NCBI GenBank assembly: GCA_052327205.1
Contig: CM126224.1
Span: 36,580,001 to 36,644,000, forward strand
Length of the DNA stretch: 64,000 nucleotides
Direction: 5' to 3'
Source of the DNA: Somniosus microcephalus
Lineage: Eukaryota
The number at the start of each line of letters is the position of its first letter. Position 1 is the stretch's first letter. Position numbers and translations under genes: made by a program. The notes beneath the pieces are model-generated. The model was not told the origin of the DNA. It was given only the letters and a program-made list of their open reading frames with translations, and did not search any database. Below, one piece after another: positions 51,411 to 63,083 of this stretch.

Positions 51411-52599
51411 TATATCTTTGGGACAGAGATGGAGAGTGAGCTTAAAAAGCCCATTTAGGTTTGCTATATGCTGCTAGCTACACCTTTTTGAAGTTGCGGG
51501 AAACTGTGAATGAAAACAAAATGGCGATCCTGCTTGGCAAAAGCCCAGTGTGCACCATCAAAATACATGGGTTCGATTAGTGCGTCTGACGGCTGCACTT
51601 CCTCTGCTAGCGGCATTACCAGAGGCAGCAAGAGGAGGGAAAAAGGAACACCAGTAAGCAGAGCTGCTCAAGTACTTTTGTCTGCTCGGCACAGGCCAGT
51701 GAAGGATAGCCATTCTGCTGCCTTACACAGAATAATTGCAAAGCACTTGGGGACTGAACAAAATAATGGCTGTTGGCAAATTTAAAACAATTGATGATAG
51801 ATTTGAGTCGGATGTTCAAAATCCTGAATATGCATCTTGATTTTATAAAGTCGAACTAGTTGTGCCCCCCCTTGGCCTCAGTGGTGTATCTCATTGATGG
51901 GTTGAAGTTTCTTCTGTTCCGCTTACAAAATCATTCATCACATCAGTAAGCAGAATAGCTCATTTAAATAAAGGCGAGCAACATGATTTTGGCAACATCT
52001 GTGCACATACTAACAGTGAGGAGTTTGAAAAATCGACTCTTCAGTAAGAATGAGACAAAATGAAACGTAAAAAAAACTCTTGAAGTTCACATCTGAAGGT
52101 TTGAGTTACAGATGTGGGATTCTGAATATGTCCATATTGGGGATTTCTTTTAAAATAAGTGAACATATTAAGAATGTTTAGACAATAACAGCCTGTCTAA
52201 AGACTCCAATCCAACATCCGTGACTCATTCCTCGTTCATAGAATTTGTTTTTTTTATTATTGGGTCCTGAATAGACAAAGGACAGGATAACATGAGAGGT
52301 GTAGAAAACTAAACATATTGCTTTAAATGTTCAACATTTTTGAAGAACATTTAGCTCTTACTAGACCGTCTAATGGTAGTTAATGACGACTCACTTGAGT
52401 TGGCCAATTTGTCGTCACTTGCAGATAATGGCTGTGTCTTCTGAAACAATGTGATTAAAAGGAAAATTGTCAATAGCATATCCCAAGAGTTGCCAGCAAA
52501 GGGCTACATAAAATGGTGTAGATTGTGGTGATGGCTATCTGGTGGAGTGGTCTGTGATGAAATGGGAGAGACTACCATTCGGTGAAAGAATTCTCTCTT

Positions 52600-52940
52600 T
52601 CCCCTGATTTTCTTTCCCCCCCCCCGCCCCCCAATTGTTGCTCCCTTCACTGCTGAGGGTGCTGACTCTCCCGATGAAATATGACTGCACACACTGGAAA
52701 CCCTCCAGCTATCTGCCCCAAGTGGCCATCTAGTGCATTTTGCAAAGGCATTCAACCACATATCTGATGAAGACAAAATCACAGTTAGGCCTGATCTTGC
52801 TGTAACCTGATCTCCACTCCACATGTGCACACCTGCCCACTTTTTCAGCAGGAGTCCCTGAATAGTAAAAAGGATCACAGGCCGACTTGTGTTTTTCTTT
52901 CCCTCCTGAGGCCAGGGTGCTGAGGCCAATTGTAGCAGTA
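52600..52940 (-). mobile_element. Old SINE (family X)
   Basis: Body and 3' end shared with other family X copies. Confidence 0.55.
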
Positions 52941-54289
52941 TATATTCTTAATTAAATTCAAGCACCATGATTAATAGGTCCAGAATTGCTCCGTATTTCT
53001 GTAGGATTCCAGAGAGATTGTGCTGGAGCCAGGAGGGCATTTTCCATCATCGGGCATGTTCTAAATACTGTCAGATCTTTCTACAGTTAATAGAAGCAAT
53101 AGTTGTAAGATGGTTCATAGTCAGCAAAATAGTGTAAAATGTACTTATTGTAATGGATTTTGAAGCTGTTTTGCCATTGTATATATTATAATGTTAATGG
53201 TTACTTGATTATTCAGGTAAGAATGTAGAGAAGTAAAGTCTTTTCAGTGTCTATTATGAAGTTTGTATGAAGTCAAAACAACACCTGGATGTAGCTACAT
53301 CGGATGACAAAACACTTAATTTAGAACAGATTCCTATTCACACAATGTGGCACAGTTACTGTTGAGAAATGCAATCCGAGAATTCTGAGTTCTGCTATTT
53401 CATTGCCGTCGCTAAATTTTATCAAAATCTAAATCAATGTATTTCATTATAATCACTTTGACATTCAGTTTTAACCTTTTTCACTGGCCCGAACGCTTTC
53501 TGGTATGAAACAGACATTTCATTTTACAGATGGTATCCAATACAGATACAGCTATAAATAATATCTACATCGTTGACTGGATATTAAATGTTTAATGTCT
53601 GGCTCATGCGATGCTCCATCATGTGCTAAGCACCCTATCTGTGTAAAGCATGCCCAATTTTCTAATATTGACAATTCTTGAGATTGTGCCATTCAACTAT
53701 ATTCATTGTTCCAGACATCAGTCAATTCTGACTTCTCTGCTTGTCAAGGATTTTTTAACTGTTATCTTAGGATTACTGATGAAATCCAGCTTCATTTGTT
53801 ATTTCCATGCCACTAATGCTGGGATTCAGTCTGCAATCTTCCTTTTGGATTGCTTGTAGTTAGAATTGGGTAACTTGGACTGGTTTTCCACAGATCAGAT
53901 CTTTTCAGTTTTACTGTGAATGGGATTAGCTCTTTCATAAAAGTTAGAAGGGATTAAATCTCCCTCTTCCCCCTACTCCCCTAAAAAATCTCTTCAGTGT
54001 GATTGTTAGCCAATTGCTGGTGGCAAAGGTTTAAAAACCTTCGCCTGGTATATTTGGTGAAGCATTTTGGGATTTCTTCCTTTTGAAGCCAGACCTTTGA
54101 GTCTTTCTTCTGAGACAAAGTCTTCACTTGCTCTTAACAAAGGACAAGAAACCATTGTTGAGCATAACCTCTGAAGATGATATTCCGGCGTATTTCAACT
54201 TGATGCATTCCAGCTACGTCTCTAATAGATTCAAAAATGGGCGCCCGTCACTTTAGACTCCTGAGAGGAAAGGCAGTACCTGTTGCAGC

Positions 54290-54545
54290 TCCTAATCATA
54301 CAGACCGTAAAGTTTCAGGTTCAATTCCTTTGTCTCTGCTGAGGTAGCTGATCACAGCTGGGGCAACAGTTGGAGTCTTACAGTTGTCCTCCAATGCCCC
54401 TGAAACCAAAATAAAATTCAGTTGGAGCTCCTGCTCCACTAATGGCTTGTATGCATGTTAGGTGGCACAAGATGGGGCTTTGCTGTGATGTTGAATAAGT
54501 TCACACATGAAGAGTAACTATTTGAATATGGGCGAGAAGGGAAGA
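54290..54545 (+). mobile_element. Old tRNA-headed SINE (family X)
   Basis: B-box-like GGTTCAATTCC at ~54318-54328, with the shared body. Confidence 0.55.
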
Positions 54546-57500
54546 AAAAAATGAAGAAATGTTGTCAAATTTAAAAACAGCATCTTGTGCGATTTTTGAA
54601 AGCTCCCAAACTCTTGGGATTTTGAGAGCAATCGGTCACCACCCAGAACCTTGTGACTGTGTGTGCTCTGCTTTCTCAGCTTAGTATGTGATGTGCTGGT
54701 ACTGGAATACAGAGTTTAAAAATGTTTATAGTATTTCTGGTCTGACAGCCTTTGGTAGTCCACTGCCACCCATTGTGCTGTAACACAATTGGCAGTCCTG
54801 ATCCTCAACTACTCTCAGAAGCTACATAGCATCGCAGGGAAAATACTTTTTTCTGAAAAAAGGGTAATTACCCTTATGTCTCCTGTGGTCCATGATCTCT
54901 CTCCTAAGGCCTGCAGTATTCTCGCTCAGCCCCACAATGCCCTACTCCCTGTGATCTTCTCCCTCACGCCCCTGATCATCTTACTAAGACATGTGATCTT
55001 CTCCCTGTGGCCCACAATCTCCTTTCTGGAATGTTACCACTGACTCAGCCCACACCGCCAAGCAGCACAATCATTCAGCGATTGGAGGAAAAGGAGGCAG
55101 AAAGGAATATAGACAAGAGAAAGCGAAATGAAATGGGACAAACACAGTAAGATGGAGGCAAAAGTTGCACAATTAAGGGACAGCTGAATAAAACAGATTT
55201 TTTTTCAAAGATTACTTTCCCACGGAATGCAATAACTGCAAGGGAGGAAACCACTGCTGTTCTGGACAAAAGACATCTGCAGAAATCCCCCAGAAAAATG
55301 GCAAATATTCCACTAAAATCAAAAACCCCAGCAGCAAAGTGAACCCAGGCATCCACGAAGTCCAGGTGTGAATGATTTGAACAGAAAACATCCTTGTATG
55401 TTGCTTATATATTGCTATGTATAACCAACTCAACTCTCTCTTGTTCTTGAGCATCTACCATAGTTTTGTGCCTGGCAAGGTACCAGCCTGACTATTCAGT
55501 GACCTTAAGAATTGCATTTCCAACTTCCTCTTGCTAGGCAAAAGGCTTTGAATACACCTCAAATCCTTCCAGCTCCCAAAACAAGAGGGAAGACTCAATT
55601 TCCCAAATTTCAGACACTACCACTGGGCAGCGCAGACCCAAGTGATTGTGAATCCCTAACTCCCCAGCCTAACCAGGGCTGGCAATGGAAGCCAGGACCT
55701 CCCTCCCAACCCCCTACACAGCATACCATTCATAGACCTGTACAAGAGGCCAATAGAGAGCCAGAAACAAATTTTACCCTCGCCCAACATAAACACTAAT
55801 GCTATCTCCAAATGAAGCACCCTCTCATGAATCCTCAATACTTTGCAGACTTCAAGCGTGGGGGAACTGACTTCCTTTGGAACTTTCCTCCACTCTCAAA
55901 CTGCTCCTTGTGGATGTATCTCCACCCTGTGCGCCATTTTTATTTCCATTACCAAGGATGAAACAGAGAGCCTGGGAATGAAACCTAGGCTGATCGTTAA
56001 GGGAGGAGAAATGACGGAAGGTGTAGCGTCGAACCTTAACACACCACTTGCAACAAATACAGGAAGGCCAATTTGAAATCATATGCTGCACATGCCCACC
56101 CTGCACAGGATCCACTAATTTTATCCCTCCATGCTGGATAATTGCTGGAGGGGCTGTGGCCAGAAGGGGCACTCTCCTCCACATATTATTGTCATGGGGG
56201 ATCACTAGGAACTTGACCGGTCTTGTGATCCTACAGGACCCTGTTCAGTCCTAGGCCTGCCCACTGAAGAGAAAGGGCCCCCTCACAAATGAGTCAGCCC
56301 AGCACGATTCCGATTACTATCTGCAAGAAGACGCATTCTCCCTCTGTGGCAGAGCGAAGCCCCACCAACTACAATTGTGGCTGAAACATACATGGCATCA
56401 GGCACTTTACTGCCTGTTCTTGGAGTTCCACTCAATACAAACTACCCTTCAGTGCTGCAACTCCTCTTGCCTGCCATGAGGAGCACCAATCCCAGCCAAT
56501 TCAACCAACAATATTCAGGGCCACTTCCCAACGGTCCCACGCCTGGAAACCAGAAGCAAAGCGGCTGGCTCATTTTCCCTCCCCTTCCTCCCCCAATTTG
56601 CATTGCTTCCAGTGCCCAATGTGGTGACACTTCCCGCCCACAGGGCAGTCAGGATGCACTGTTATTTTATAAACTATGTATGGGAATCTAGACACTCTCA
56701 AAATGTCTGAGATTGTATATTTAGGTATACACTGACTTCATAAAGTATATATGTGAATGTGCCCGTTATCATAGAGTGGCTTCATAGAATGTATGTCAAT
56801 GTACATCTATTGAGTATAATAGGTTTATAATTTATGTATGAGTGTACATCCATATGTATAATAGCTTCATAAAACATAAATGTACTTTGTTGACAACTTA
56901 ATTTAAAAAAAAATCTTGTGTGTGGGAAGCTCTCCCTTGGAGGAACAAGAGTTACTGCATAAAGTGATCTCTCATAATGCCTTCTATTTATTTACTTACC
57001 CTGCATCAGGCATGTGTTGCACGCACGGTTTGTGTGAAATGAGCTTATTAAATAAAGAAGCAAATGAAAGATGTTGGAGAGTTTACCATTGTAGTCGATA
57101 TATCTTCCATCAATAAATGTGTGGTCTTCTTGCATGACTGGAAGGTTGTACTTTGCTTGAAAAAAAAACATTCTTTCATTGGGCTATAACCTGTGTGTGT
57201 ATTGCAAAAAAAATGAAGACATTTTTAGTTGTGGGAATGAAAAAAGAATACGTTCCTTCTGTCTGTAAATAAGTGCCGCACTAAACACCGGGCCCGTCGA
57301 GGGCTGAATATTCCTCATGTTACTTTAAGCCGAACTGCAGCAATTATTTGAAATGTAGCAATCTCAGTATTTAGAAATCCAAACATTTTACTGAGTTTAC
57401 TTGCACAGGTTATTTAATTTAGTGAGACTGAGAAAGATGGGAAATTCCCCCTAATTGGTTTCTTCCCCCCCCCCCCCCCCCCTCAAGTTCCTGGTCTCGA

Positions 57501-58560
57501 CAATAAATGGGTGTAGCAATTCCCTCCTCCTTCCATAGCACGGACACATTGTTGGAAGGTTGCGCCACCTGATAGATTAAGCAAGAGAGTAAAGCAGGTT
57601 CTGTGTATTAGATTAAGTTGGTTGCTGTTAGCAATCGCTGATTGATATTGGAGCAGCAGCAGAGACTTCCTGTCATTCATCTTTGACTTCGCAACCAGTA
57701 GCATGTCCCCAAGCTTGTTGTATTGAACGTGATCTCTCAAAGTTCCTAGATGTAAGAACAGTGCATATATAGGAAAGCAATTTAGCTTCAATCAATAAGA
57801 CTGAGGGAAAGGATTTCAGCATCAATTGCTGAGAGGCCTTAGACATTGATAATGGTTTGAACGGTGGTGATTTATGAACAGAGACAGTAGGGTCCTTGTC
57901 AAGCCTCACAACAACCCCTGCCCCCATCTGCAATTAGAGAGATAGTGAACTAAAATGTTTTTACACAATTTTGTTATAAATATGCCTCGCGCTGTTTGTG
58001 AATTGGGCTGTAAATTTATGGATAAGATGCTTGGGTTATCTGCCTGTGATATTTTATTGCAATACTGTCAGTCCAGCTTGAAGCAGTGAATAATTCATCT
58101 ATATACAAAGGTTGCTGGGAATCGGTCCAAATTGGGCGACTGCAGCTTAGACATATCTAAGGAAAATATGTTTTTAAGGGGTTTAATGATGAGGTAAATC
58201 AGGAAAAGTGCACAAACCACTTTTCCAGGGTTCCGATCTAATTAATGAAATTCCAAAGCAGTTTAAGATAAATAATCTATAGCAGCAACAGAATTCTTTG
58301 GTGGGGTGAGGGATTGATCTGATGGTTTTTTTTGAGCAGGCTGGAATGTTTGGTGGTGTGTGTCCGTTTCATCCTAGCTTGAGAAGGTGGAATGGTTTGA
58401 GACACTGACTACTCTGTTAACACACACGGTGTTCTGTAAATTATATGATGGCAAGTGTGGAAATAGCCTTTCCCCCCCCCCCCCCCCCCCCAATTATTTC
58501 TGACCTTTTTGAGATGAGGTGTACCACCATGGTATCCTGCTCCATCTGGGGCCTCTGCTG

Positions 58561-59981
58561 AGAACATAAGAAATAGGAGCAGGAGTAGGCTGTTCGGCCC
58601 TTCGGCCCTGCTCCGCCATTCAGTAAGATCATGGCTGATCTTCTACCTCAACTCCACCTTCCCGCACTATCTCCACATCCCTTGATTGCCTTAGTATCCA
58701 AAAATCTATTGATCTCAGTCTTGAATATACTCAATGACTGAGCATCCACTGCCCTCTGGGGTAGAGATTCCAAAGATTCACAACCCTTTGAAGAAGTTTC
58801 TTCTCATCTCCGTCCTAAATGGCCGACCCCTTATTCTGAGACTGTGACCTCTAGTTCTAGATTCCCCAGCCAGGGGAAACATCCTCCCGGCATCTACCCT
58901 GTCAAACCCCTTAAGAATTTTGTATGTTTCAATGAGATCACCTCTCATTCATCTAAACTCGAGGGAATATAGCCCTCGTCTACTCAATATCTCCTCATTG
59001 GACAATCCTTTCATCCCAGGAATCAATCTAGTGAATCTTCGTTGCACTCCCTCTAAGGCAAGTAAGTATATCCTTCCTTAGGTAAGGAGACCAAAACTGT
59101 ACACAGTACTCCGGGTGTGGTCTCACAAGGACCCTATATAATTGTAGTAAGACTTCTTTACTCTTACACACCAATCCCTTTGTAATAAAGGCTAACATAC
59201 CATTTGCTTTCCTAATTGCTTGCTATACCTGCATGTTAACTTTCAGTGATTCGTGTACGAGGACACCCAGGTCCCTCTGAATACCAACATTTCCCAGTCT
59301 GTCACCATTTAAAAAATGTTCTGCTTTTCTATTTTTCCTACCAAAGTGGATAACTTCACACTTCTCCACATTATATTCGATCTGCCATGTTCTTGCCCAC
59401 TCCCTTAACCTGTCTATATCCCTTTGCAGCCTCTTTGCATCCTGCTCACAGCTTACTTTATCACCTAACTTTGTATCATCAGCAAACTTGGATACATCAC
59501 ACTTGGTCCTTCATCTAAGTCATTGATATAGATTGTGAATAGCTGAGGCCCAAGCACTGATCCTTGCGGTACACTACTAGATACAGCCTGCCAACCTGAA
59601 AATGACCTGTTTTATTCTTTCTCTGTTTTCTGTCTGTTAAACAATCCTCAATCCATGCTAATATATTGTCGCCAATCCCATGAGCCCTAATTTTTGTAAT
59701 AACCCCATGTGTGGCACCTTATCGAATGCTTTTTGAAAATCCAAATACACCACATACACTGGTTCCCTTTTATCTACCCTGGTAGGTACAACCTCAAAAA
59801 ACTCTAACAGATTTCTTTTTCATAAATCCGTGTTGACTCTTCCCAATCATCATATGATTTTCTAAGTGCTTTGTTATCGTGACCCTGATAGTAGATTCTA
59901 GCATTTTCCCTACTGCTGATGTCAGACTAACTGGTCTATAGTTCCCTGTGTTCTCTTTTCCTCCTTTCTTCAATAGCGGAG
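58561..59981 (-). mobile_element. CR1 LINE, 5'-truncated, with internal deletions
   Basis: Reverse complement of ~36500-37940. The ORF fragment reads TPLLKKGGKENTGNYRPVSLTSAVGKMLES..QHGF. Confidence 0.93.
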
Positions 59982-60910
59982 TTGAGGACCTTGGATACTT
60001 GCTTCCAATGGTTTCAGATGGGCTCAAAATGACAATTGATCAAACTTGTACTCAATAGTATTTGTAATATTTCAATTCTTTTTTAAAGAAGTTGTCCTGT
60101 TAAGATCAGATTGTTGCAGAATTGCTAATATGGAGATTTTATGATCCAAAAAGGTAGTTTTTTTTTACATCCACTGAACTCTGCTTGTCCCTGCACACAA
60201 TATGACTGCATTTCCCTGATGGCCACTGTCAAATGACAGATGCAATAGGCTCATTAATGTGCAGTTCACTGTCATAATTTGTTACTGAGTCAATTGAATC
60301 ACTCAAAATGCTTTTTGAAAATTGTCTGCTGTTTCTGCTTGGTAACTGAAATTCCTAATGTCATTGGCCAGGAAGTTGTACCCCAGCATGTCGGTGCCTT
60401 CAGGAGGTGATGATTGAAAAGCAAGACAGCAGTATGAACGTTAAAACTAAAAGATTAGACATCCAGAACAGACTATCATTACTGCACCAGGTTTTCTCCA
60501 CTTCGTCTTTTAAATATGGACTCTTTTATATAAAAAAAAAAATTAAAAAATTGATGCCTGAGTCTGACTGAAGCCTTTGTTTAGGAATCTAGGATGCAAT
60601 AGTCTTCTGGCTGGATTGGACTGAGGAGCCCAGCTCATGTGTACTAATCTTTAAATGGCCAGGATCTTGGTTCTTGAAGCTATATTGTTGTAGGCCAGTG
60701 GAGGGTTTGGCAGCCCAAATGTTTCTAATTGTAGTCCCCATTCCCCCCCACCCCCCCCACCAAAAAAAAATCAGATCACAGCAATTTTGCTGAGAGAATA
60801 ATTCGTGTGTTTGTTGCAATGGTAAGCTGGGTAAAAGGATTTAGCAACCAGATTAGAATAGAATCTGCTTTTGCTTATCTGAATTTTGCAGGAGCATCCA
60901 AAAAAATAAT

Positions 60911-61646
60911 GGCTCGTAATTTGCAGTCAGCAGCGAAGCGAAGTGACGGCGATCGCCGCTGACCTCAAAGAAAACTGCCCACAGAGATCTCGCGACCTCT
61001 GTGGTGTGAATTTGAGGTCTTCCGACCTTTGTTTAAATCTGGCGCAAATCAAGCGAATCCCAAGCATCCAGCAACAGTGATGTCATCAAGCTGGCTTAGC
61101 AACCAATCACACTAAAATCAGGAAGTAAAATGCACAGATTCTAATGTACGTTTTATAAATTTTATAGAGAGCGAAATAAAGATTGGGACATACACATAGG
61201 ATTAAGGTAGAAGCTGAAATATCATAAACTTAAAAAAAAAAAAAAATTAAAAACTTGTAATTCTTATTCATATTAATGGAATCATTTGACATTCCACAAA
61301 TATAAAATTAGTTTTTCATGGCCAGAACGGTTGTTCAACAGTCAGTACACTATTAAAAACCCAGTTACACCTCCTTCAATAAGGCTTAAAGTAGGTTTTT
61401 TTTTCACAGTGATGTTCCATTGTAAAGGGGGAAGCTTTTGTCCTTGTCTCTGATTTCAACTGGTTGCCTGCTCTGGGAAGTTTCACAGCACAGCCTGCGA
61501 CGGAGCAGTGAATGACTGACTGCAACTTCAGGATTTCCGTGTTTAACTGCGCTTGTGCTAAATCCTGAAATTGCGGTCAATTTCAGAGGGGTAATGACAG
61601 CGAATGCTGATGATTTTGCCCTCATTACCACCGCAAAATCCGAGCC
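60911..61646. mobile_element. Harbinger-like MITE with AT-rich core
   Basis: TIRs GGCTCGTAATTTGCAG and CCGCAAAATCCGAGCC, with flanks AAT/AGT. Confidence 0.72.
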
Positions 61647-61713
61647 AGTGAAAACTAGATTCTGTGATGCATGGCTTCTGGTAAAAATGTGAGAATTTTT
61701 ATTGTAAAGCACA

Positions 61714-62232
61714 TTGAATAATTTGCTTAATATTTCTGTTGTAAGCAAAAGGTCTGCTCTCTGTCATGGGAGAAATGCCTTGCTGAAGTGTCAGTAAAAC
61801 GTGCAGTGTGTAATGTTGTTATAACACCACTTGCTGATTTGCTTATTTTACAGTCTGTTGATGGGATTCGGCTGTATACAAATATTGATTCAAGTGAGCT
61901 AAATATAAGGTTACATTTAACCGGCGTCAGTGGTATGATGAGAGCACATATGGCCTCCTATTCACTGCAGCTTGAAGTCCTTTATTTAAATGCTTTCGTT
62001 ATGTTCGTTACGTTTGCAAAAGTCAGTAGAAAACTACTATAGATGCAGACTACCTGAAATCGAATGGGAATGTAATGAAACAGCATATCAATATGCAGAA
62101 CATAATAGATATGCTAGAAGTTGAATAATTTGCTTAATATTTCTATTTCAAGCAAAAGGTCTGCTCTCTGTCCTGGGAGAAATGCCTTGCTGAAGTGTCA
62201 GTAAAACGCGCAGTGTGTAATGTCATTATAAC
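61714..62232. repeat. 112-bp direct repeat (61714-61825 and 62121-62232) with a 295-bp spacer
   Basis: Both copies read TTGAATAATTTGCTTAATATTTCT..AAGCAAAAGGTCTGCTCTCTGTC.TGGGAGAAATGCCTTGCTGAAGTGTCAGTAAAACG.GCAGTGTGTAATGT..TTATAAC. Confidence 0.9.
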
Positions 62233-62562
62233 CCCCCCTGCTGTGCCTTGAGAGCGAGTCTTTCCGGTGTTTTCACTGAGCCAAAGTTACAGTTCCTTTT
62301 CCAACCTGTTCTATTTTTGTTGGAGTTTTTTTTTCTCACCTCCTTGACGTTTAAAAACTGGCAAGAAAGCCACAATGGATCAATACTTTAGTTCAGGTCA
62401 ATTTTTTGTTTTGGATTTATTTTTGTTTTGGATTTTATTAGCTATGAACACTACACATTTAATAATACATCTTGAATGCACTGGTCATTCCATAACTGAA
62501 AACAGAATCCTAGCAATTGTAGCACAAAAGGCGGTCCGTTGGCCCAGTGCATCTTAGCCAAT

Positions 62563-63083
62563 ATAACAACAGAAAATGCTGGAAAAACTCAGCAGGTCAG
62601 GCAACATCCGTGGAGAGAAATTTGAGTTGACGTTTTGGGTCGAACCCTTCTTCAAAACTGGAAAGAAAAGAAGATAGATCGGAGGCAGGGCTGCGATCGG
62701 ACAAAAGAATAAAAGAAACAAAAGAAGTAAAAGAGACAATAAAAGGTATTAGAAGCTAGACGAGATGGTAATAGGCTGAGATTAGGTGTAAAGTGTACTT
62801 GCCCTGCCAGTACACTACGCCTAATCTCAGCCTATTACCATCTCGTCTAGCTTCTAATACCTTTTATTGTCTCTTTGACTTCTTTTGTTTCTTTTATTCT
62901 TTTGTCCGATCGCAGCCCTGCCTCCGATCTATCTTTTCTTTCCAGTTTTGAAGAAGGGTTCGACCCGAAACGTCAACTCAAATTTCTCTCCACGGATGTT
63001 GCCTGACCTGTTGAGTTTTTCCAGCATTTTCTGTTGTTATTTCGGATTTCCAACATCCACAGTATTTTGCTATCGTACTAGTG
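62563..63083 (+). mobile_element. Young Penelope-type fold-back insertion (long inverted repeat) with 11-bp TSD
   Basis: Arms at 62563-62799 and 62809-63040 with a 9-nt loop. TCTTAGCCAAT is duplicated at 62552-62562 and 63084-63094. It is inserted in an old minus-strand CR1 tail (~62495-63300). Confidence 0.85.
62944..62978 (+). ncRNA. Minimal type I hammerhead-ribozyme-like motif (C3U variant)
   Basis: AGTT-[TTGAAGA]-A-GGGT-TCG-ACCC-[GAAA]-C-GTC-AACT. This gives stem I AGTT/AACT, stem II GGGT/ACCC, core boxes (C/U)UGANGA and GAAA, and a GUC cleavage triplet with a minimal stem III, the layout known from Penelope-like elements. Confidence 0.6.

Noticed and set aside
54770-56690. Possible large decayed DNA transposon with Myb/SANT-like remnant
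   Set aside because: Composition and degenerate internal repeats are suggestive, but I could not define TIRs, a TSD or a credible protein motif.
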